Assembly (NCBI GenBank): GCA_965216315.1
Contig: CBDCFN010000016.1
Location: 608,001-672,000, forward strand
DNA: 64,000 bases
Direction of reading: 5' to 3'
Source of the DNA: a bacterium
GTDB taxonomy: Bacteria; UBA10199; 2-02-FULL-50-16; JAJFLM01
Shown one piece after another: positions 59,301 through 64,000 of this stretch. The notes beneath the pieces were generated by a model. The model did no database searches. It was not told the origin of the DNA and saw nothing but the letters and a program-made list of their open reading frames with translations. The position numbers and the translations under genes are program-made. The stretch's first letter is position 1. Every line of letters begins with the position of its first letter.

Positions 59301-60474
59301 GGAAGGGGATCTTCGCCTGCAAGCTTCAGGAACGACCGATGGCACCTCTGATGCACGTATCGCGGTGAGCACGGAAAGCAGTCTTGATTACCGCGCCATC
59401 CTCATTCCCTTTTTGAAGGCGTTGGTGTCGGTGCAGTATCCGAGCGAAGTGAGCTGTACCAACTTGGATCGACCGGAGAAGACTCCGGAAATTCCGGAAG
59501 ACGAGCCCAAGGATGTTCCGGAAGATGAACCGAAGGACGTGCCCGAAGACATTCCGGAAGATATTCCGGAGGATGAGCCGAAAGATATTCCGGAAGATGA
59601 ACCGACGGATATCCCGGAAGACGAACCCAAGGATATTCCGGAAGATGAACCCAAGGATATTCCGGAAGATGAGCCGGAGCCGGAAACCAGCACCGTGCCT
59701 GAGAAAACGCCAATTCCCGGAACCTTGACGAGAAAAATGCCGACGCCACCGGACAGCACGGTACCTAAGCAACCGGCGCCACGTGAACCGGGGGTCACCT
59801 TGATTCCGGTCGATACGCCGAAAGAACCGCCGAAGATTGATGATACGGTTCCCGCGGCACCGGGCAACGTCGAAGAGATTCCTTCAGTTCGAACACTGAG
59901 GATGCCGGTGACATTGATCATCTTGCGTGGGCCCGGATGGTGTCACATCGCCGATGCAGGGACCGGTTGGTTTGTCCGCGTCGACTACGACAATTATCCC
60001 GATGTCTATAACGACTGTTTGGAGTTGGATCTGAGTGAAGACTGTAGCAGCGGTGAGTGCGGAAAGGTCTCCGAAGCCGTCGCCGACTTTTTGTGGGGGC
60101 AAGACGGACCCTTTGAGGAGAGCAATCTGAAGGCCTTGCAGGATCGCTTCAGCCAATTCGTCGGCGGCAAGTCATTGGACTCTCAGTTCTCTTCCCTGCT
60201 GAGCGGTACGCTTGATGGCAGTGAGCCGGCTGCGGAAGAGGTGTCCGAGACGAAATATCGTAAGAAACTGAATGTCGATTGGGTGAAGAAGCTGGAAAAG
60301 GGCTTCTGTAAAGAAGAAGGTTGTGACAAACGCCTGCGTAAGGCGCGGGTGACTTCACAAATGAGTACGGAAGCCAGCCAGGCGGCCGTCGTTCAGTATG
60401 GTGACGTAACCGCTTTTGCCGCGCAAGCGACGGTTAGCGGTGGCCGCGGTGGGTGCACGCTAGTCCGCAGGTGA
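56329..60474 (+). CDS. Large secreted protein: globular (possibly beta-propeller) N-region, repeat-rich stalk, TSP3-like Cys/Asp motif, terminal GGC motif
   Basis: 1381 aa with signal peptide, DQCSDDPNKMEPGICGCGVPDVDANRNGVMDC, PEDEPKDI repeats, ends SGGRGGCTLVRR*. Confidence 0.82.
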   Translation: MITSTSARIGGVLTSTLTLLLLTMIPVAPAQGQELQRVRALKAVVTETAATDSSYGVANACLESDFKSPGFRTHTPDVKAALGLGFSTDTLKALLERSAACDEKTCTTEDRLALYEAFIEALAPALDSNLGLDYSAQLDIEMPAGFFAAHASRDVENRAFVTGDNALNYIYKKLNAAINKEAGETAGWGPSGVVAADHNGVIDYKELLEPVDPTGSRMIEYKGKRYFVVLDSVGAELRENSAFIDGRLEKGEFPGGRAHLYEVTQDEDGAWSYTYLLAYDVGYKPYGIEFDATTGTVYVAGSGGFFGSQVVGGSIAEFNIESDVATHYSTVDPEFYASKGWVHGLTKSMASYGDYIYLTPLTLPNLTVKTSLDAESCVGGTAGFAFRGFCTGPIEFKLSQDESGQHFITSGEGADQHTAPIESLESSPYFPTATTVLGYESGSMLMHIAPDLYQAIWVISHTENMQTVVKMPFTAGSAENSYRIHEMKAYFKGPVNAVAELRMKEHGGIDFIARTLNGNLITIYNKLTHQLSYQMLEHELAWIESETPFVFNLSDTVSVQFGIGGGWSGVEYGKVGDKEGLFFHKLRSMDAAFAAADSIGPDGAVTVSGEIGFASKEYQERVKAALKIDEVNAFIKELDLIENPGVSVSTEEMSSGMGALITTLLALHAGPQEMIYMHQAGEPSDMFARFGLDFIGFLNHVRPPAHHFIEIDGWKSPVTELQQLEFFGARESELREYESANTLEATEKQAIELEAAEKQALELETAEREAIQLEGIKKEAIILEAQERDTIEAQPVEAQKAYLIESEKVEAQPVEATKVLIQESTTVEAQPLETKETINLQMETTKAVELKASETLNAEMKTTEATELKANETLNAEMKTTDTVTNELKTVQEPVRVLEETQPKIEIEDSTKVYLKAAPTTEYQFELKKNIEADQCSDDPNKMEPGICGCGVPDVDANRNGVMDCIESSRSRSSLDELWNLFRIREAMAQSEGDLRLQASGTTDGTSDARIAVSTESSLDYRAILIPFLKALVSVQYPSEVSCTNLDRPEKTPEIPEDEPKDVPEDEPKDVPEDIPEDIPEDEPKDIPEDEPTDIPEDEPKDIPEDEPKDIPEDEPEPETSTVPEKTPIPGTLTRKMPTPPDSTVPKQPAPREPGVTLIPVDTPKEPPKIDDTVPAAPGNVEEIPSVRTLRMPVTLIILRGPGWCHIADAGTGWFVRVDYDNYPDVYNDCLELDLSEDCSSGECGKVSEAVADFLWGQDGPFEESNLKALQDRFSQFVGGKSLDSQFSSLLSGTLDGSEPAAEEVSETKYRKKLNVDWVKKLEKGFCKEEGCDKRLRKARVTSQMSTEASQAAVVQYGDVTAFAAQATVSGGRGGCTLVRR
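58873..58974 (+). repeat. Intragenic 54-bp tandem duplication
   Basis: Encodes ELKASETLNAEMKTTEAT / ELKANETLNAEMKTTD. Confidence 0.8.
59485..59685 (+). repeat. Intragenic 24-bp (and 12-bp) tandem repeats encoding PEDEPKDI
   Basis: Repeated CCGGAAGAYGARCCSAAGGATATT-like units, in frame, with no spacers. Confidence 0.9.
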
Positions 60475-60507
60475 CGTAACGGACATTTCCGTGTATCGTG
60501 TCCTGTA

Positions 60508-61533
60508 ATGACCGTTACGATTGGGGTGATCGGGGCAGGGGCATGGGGAACCGCCCTTGCCAACGTCGTGGCGAATCAGGGCTACGAGACCTTGATGTGG
60601 GCCCGTGAGCCCGAAGTCGTTGCCGCCATCAATGATCAACACGAAAATACCCAGTATCTAGCCGGTATCCAGCTCAACGAGAATATTCGTGCGACGTCGA
60701 GCCTGGAAGAGTGCTGTCAGGCCCGCGAGCTTTTGATCTCCGTCGTGCCGGCTCAATATGTTCGAGCGGTCTGGTCGGAAGCGGCCCCTTATATAAAGGA
60801 GACGACTCCCATCGTCAGTGCCTCCAAGGGAATCGAGATTAGTTCGCATCAGTTGCTCAAAGACGTCTTTGAGGAAATCCTTCCCGGAATTTGTGGACGG
60901 CAGCTCGCTTTTTTATCCGGACCGAACTTTGCGCGTGAGATTGCCGAGGGCAAGGCGGCAGCGGCCACGTTGGCGTCATTAAATACTGAAATTGTACGCC
61001 ATGCGCAGGAGCTGATCTCTTCACCTCTCTACAAACTCTATGAAAGTAACGACATTGTGGGAGTTGAAGTGGGCGGAGCGATCAAGAATGTCATCGCAAT
61101 TGCCGCGGGTATCGTCGATGGGCTGGAGCTCGGGCACAGTTTGCGCGCGTCGATGATCACGCGTGGCCTGAATGAGATGACTCGTTTCGGCGTGGCGCTC
61201 GGGGCCGACCCGCTGACCTTTCAAGGGCTGTCGGGGATGGGCGACTTGATCCTGACCTGTACCGGTGATCTTTCCCGCAATCGAACCATGGGTCTCGAAC
61301 TCGCCAAGGGAAAGACCTGCAAGGAAATCCTCGGTTCGCGCCAAACGGTGACGGAAGGGGTTTCAACCGCGCGGGCCCTCCACGAACTCGCTGCGACGAT
61401 GGATCTCGATCTGCCGATCTCGGAGCAGGTCTATCAGGTCCTGTATAAGGATAGATCATGCGCCGAGGCCCTGACGACGCTCGCGGCGCGTCCTTTGAAG
61501 GCGGAGTTGGCTGGGATTACCGTATCAAAATGA
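60508..61533 (+). CDS. gpsA: NAD(P)H-dependent glycerol-3-phosphate dehydrogenase
   Basis: IGAGAWGTALA, SKGIE, LSGPNFA, KNVIAIAAG, GMGDLILTC...SRN. Confidence 0.96.
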   Translation: MTVTIGVIGAGAWGTALANVVANQGYETLMWAREPEVVAAINDQHENTQYLAGIQLNENIRATSSLEECCQARELLISVVPAQYVRAVWSEAAPYIKETTPIVSASKGIEISSHQLLKDVFEEILPGICGRQLAFLSGPNFAREIAEGKAAAATLASLNTEIVRHAQELISSPLYKLYESNDIVGVEVGGAIKNVIAIAAGIVDGLELGHSLRASMITRGLNEMTRFGVALGADPLTFQGLSGMGDLILTCTGDLSRNRTMGLELAKGKTCKEILGSRQTVTEGVSTARALHELAATMDLDLPISEQVYQVLYKDRSCAEALTTLAARPLKAELAGITVSK

Positions 61534-61553
61534 TAATTTTATCAATTTGATAA
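61522..61553. promoter_or_regulatory. Tandem TTATCA-N3-TGATAA palindromes overlapping the gpsA stop
   Basis: GTATCAaaaTGATAA-tt-TTATCAattTGATAA. Confidence 0.68.
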
Positions 61554-61626
61554 AGGGCTCTGCTCGCTTAATGAGAAATTTACTTTATATTACCCGATGT
61601 TATAATTAGCCCTTCAAATCAATTGC

Positions 61627-61642
61627 AGGCATAGATCTTGCA
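61627..61642 (+). promoter_or_regulatory. Sigma-54 -24/-12 promoter
   Basis: AGGCAT-AGATC-TTGCA, ending 14 nt before ATG 61657. Confidence 0.72.
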
Positions 61643-61656
61643 GATTACTGAGGTTT

Positions 61657-64000
61657 ATGATGATTTCAAAACCGACCCCATTTTATTTTTTTTCAATCAT
61701 CTCAGTGACGATCCTTTTTGTTTCCGTGATCGCTCAAGCCCAACCTGAGACCGGACAAGAGGCGCCGCCGGTCGAAGAGGGTGCGCAGCGTGAAAGCGGG
61801 CAACGACCTAATGGAGCTTCGACAATCGGCGATTACGAACCCAAGGAATGCTTCAACTCAGATTTTAAACGATTGCCGTTTGCCGACATGACGGCAATCG
61901 AATCAGGGACGCGTGCCTATGCCTTTCATCCCCTTGGTACTGATATCGATGTTGTTACGAAGGCGGTCGAGATTTTCAAGCAGGCCCAAGATTGTGATGA
62001 AGCGAAGCGAGACTATGAGAATGCCAAAATTAAGCATGGCGAAAACTCACCGGAGGCTGAAAAAGCCAAGGACACAATGTGTACGGATGTCGACCGCAAG
62101 GAACATATAAAGCAGGCCCAGTTGGTGTTCGGTAGCTATTTTCCTAAGCTGCAAAGCTGGACTAAAACCGATGGCCAGCACAATACGAGTCCATGGCCCC
62201 AATCGGTCCCGGTCTCGGTCACGTCGGTGAGCACCAAAAGGGCGGATCTGACCTTTGTCCTGGAAGAGCGGGTATTAAAATATGGATATGATCACTTCAA
62301 TCGGCAGTTTGCCAGTGACTTGTCGAGGCTGGCCGGTGATGGCGAATTGTCCGATGCCCCGTTAGGCGCGGCACGTATCGCTCTTTATAATGGTGACGAA
62401 TTTATTCGCGACTATGACTTGGATAGCGTGATTTATCCTACCTCGGTGTATGCTTTTAGAGATAATGATAAGCAATTCCTTGTTGTTTTGGACAAAATTG
62501 GGGGTGATATCGTCGAACATTATGCCTATGATGTCAAAGACGATAAAAAGGAACTGTTTGAAGAGGGAAGTGTTCACTATTTTGAAATCGTCAGCGATCA
62601 GGATGGCAATGTCAGTCTGCTCCCACTGAAAACACTCAGCTCAGGGGGCATCCATCCGAACAATTTTTTGCGACACGAAGGGAAGTTCGTCGTCGTAAAC
62701 CAAGGTGGTTTTGATAAGATCAGAGGGAGCCATAACCCTGCCTTTGGAACCGTTATGGTTTGTAACAATGAATTTGAATCCTGCGACAGTAGTACGGTTC
62801 GTAGCGATGAGCATTTGCAAAAGGGATGGCTTCATGGGCATCCCTGGCATTCCGATATTCTCGGGGACAGAGTTTATTTTACAGACCTTAATCTGCCTAA
62901 CTTGTTTGCAGAGGTAACTTTTGGAGGTAGCCAGGACCATTGTAAGGAGAACTTGAAACAAATCAGTGATGAGATCGAGGGTGATCTGCAAGCTTTGAGT
63001 TTTCTGTGTGAAGGGCCGGTCGGCGTTGTTGTCGATGTGACCGGTAAAAAAGTAACGATCATGCATGGTGGCACGCAGGATGTTCACGATAATCTTGCGG
63101 TCATTACGGAATCCGCTTTATTGCCGGAAGGTGATGGGACGGAGATGCTCCGTCATGTCACGAGTGAGGGAGAGATCCATTTTGCACCGTCGATCAAGAA
63201 AATCGCTTACGTTATCAACGGCCAAGACGGTTATGATCTGCTGTTTCATTTCGACATGAAAGACGGAGAAGCGCCGAACACTTATGTGGTTTCGATGTTT
63301 AAGGGAGGTGCCCAGGGAATCGTTAACCTGTGGTTTGAAGGGGAGATGTTTGAAAAGGGCGGCTTCAAGGCGAGAGTGGAGAGCGCCAACAGCAGCTGGG
63401 TCGGTGAGTATCATCTAGCGAGCGGCGAGGTTGATTATCACCATATTAAGACTGATTTGCCGATTCGTCACCTCGGTGGTGACGGACATTTCTTTAAACA
63501 TGAGGATTCGAAACGCCAGGTGAGTATGAAACTCGGGGTCGGTCATAGCTGGTCGGCGCTCGAACGCATTTTCTTTAAAGGAGCAGGGACTGACGGCGGT
63601 GACCTTGAGGTTCTCGGCCTGGGCTCTTTGAACTCTCTGGATGCGATTGCGATTACCCGGGATGAGGCAGGTCACCCGAAGGCAATCGGCATGTGGACGC
63701 CCTCGACCGATAGTTATGCGTCACGTACCGAGCTGTTGTACGACCCCGAAAAGGTAAGAGATCTGATTAATTTCGCTGTTTTTAACCGGGCCTATACGCC
63801 GAGTGACGTGACAGCCGCAGCCGTCGCAGCCGCCAACAGTATTACAACTCTATTCGGTGGTCTCAATGATCTTAAGTTCTTTCATGGCGGCGAGGATTTT
63901 GATCTGATGGCCCGTTTTGGTTTTCCCATCGATCTCGTTTCGCAAGTGGTTCCCGCCCCGAAGTTGGAAGCGGGCAAGCAAGTTTCTTGGCTCCCTGATT
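61657..64000 (+). CDS. Large secreted protein, paralog of 56329-60474 (runs off window)
   Basis: Not in the ORF track (no stop in window). MMISKPTPFYFFSIISVTILFVSVIAQA signal peptide; frame reads open to the window end (...KQVSWLPD); shares collinear motifs with 56329-60474. Confidence 0.85.
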   Translation, partial: MMISKPTPFYFFSIISVTILFVSVIAQAQPETGQEAPPVEEGAQRESGQRPNGASTIGDYEPKECFNSDFKRLPFADMTAIESGTRAYAFHPLGTDIDVVTKAVEIFKQAQDCDEAKRDYENAKIKHGENSPEAEKAKDTMCTDVDRKEHIKQAQLVFGSYFPKLQSWTKTDGQHNTSPWPQSVPVSVTSVSTKRADLTFVLEERVLKYGYDHFNRQFASDLSRLAGDGELSDAPLGAARIALYNGDEFIRDYDLDSVIYPTSVYAFRDNDKQFLVVLDKIGGDIVEHYAYDVKDDKKELFEEGSVHYFEIVSDQDGNVSLLPLKTLSSGGIHPNNFLRHEGKFVVVNQGGFDKIRGSHNPAFGTVMVCNNEFESCDSSTVRSDEHLQKGWLHGHPWHSDILGDRVYFTDLNLPNLFAEVTFGGSQDHCKENLKQISDEIEGDLQALSFLCEGPVGVVVDVTGKKVTIMHGGTQDVHDNLAVITESALLPEGDGTEMLRHVTSEGEIHFAPSIKKIAYVINGQDGYDLLFHFDMKDGEAPNTYVVSMFKGGAQGIVNLWFEGEMFEKGGFKARVESANSSWVGEYHLASGEVDYHHIKTDLPIRHLGGDGHFFKHEDSKRQVSMKLGVGHSWSALERIFFKGAGTDGGDLEVLGLGSLNSLDAIAITRDEAGHPKAIGMWTPSTDSYASRTELLYDPEKVRDLINFAVFNRAYTPSDVTAAAVAAANSITTLFGGLNDLKFFHGGEDFDLMARFGFPIDLVSQVVPAPKLEAGKQVSWLPD

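Noticed and set aside
59485..59685. 24-bp repeats as a CRISPR array
   Set aside because: The units are contiguous with no unique spacers, vary mainly at synonymous positions, lie in frame in a CDS, and no cas genes are present.
61913..63675. Short ORFs listed near the window end
   Set aside because: All overlap the single long open frame starting at 61657.
46333..64000. Surface-protein island as a prophage, ICE or polymorphic-toxin locus
   Set aside because: No integrase, transposase, phage structural gene, Rhs/VgrG motif or small immunity-like ORF following the large genes is visible.

Overview
Bacterial chromosomal window with no rRNA, tRNA, CRISPR array, transposase or phage gene that I can recognise. 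Gene content and C-terminal Cys sorting motifs suggest a deltaproteobacterial-type lineage (inference). Bases 1-46 kb are mostly housekeeping: trmL, a B12 radical SAM enzyme, a compact AddB/AddA-like pair, a two-gene glnE, gshA, dksA, dciA, tsaC-purE-purD, alpha-2-macroglobulin/pbpC, purH, mlaDFE, alr, a Pif1 helicase, a TPP-riboswitch thiSGHC operon, pgi, an HDAC-family enzyme, PBP1A, a CDF transporter and pfk. Two convergent secreted Tudor-like proteins and an unannotated 57-aa four-Cys ORF also lie here. The most striking region is 46.3-64 kb, an island of six large secreted proteins in partly paralogous families, five of them Cys-rich and of unknown family. The five complete ones end in a Gly-rich GGxC/GGC motif; four of these follow it with a TM helix and basic tail, and one stops right after the motif. 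Five of the six genes have a sigma-54 -24/-12 promoter with a shared TTATCA-N3-TGATAA palindrome about 75-130 bp upstream, and four look nearly leaderless. This reads as a co-regulated, C-terminally sorted surface-protein system. All calls come from reading motifs by eye; no database searches were run.
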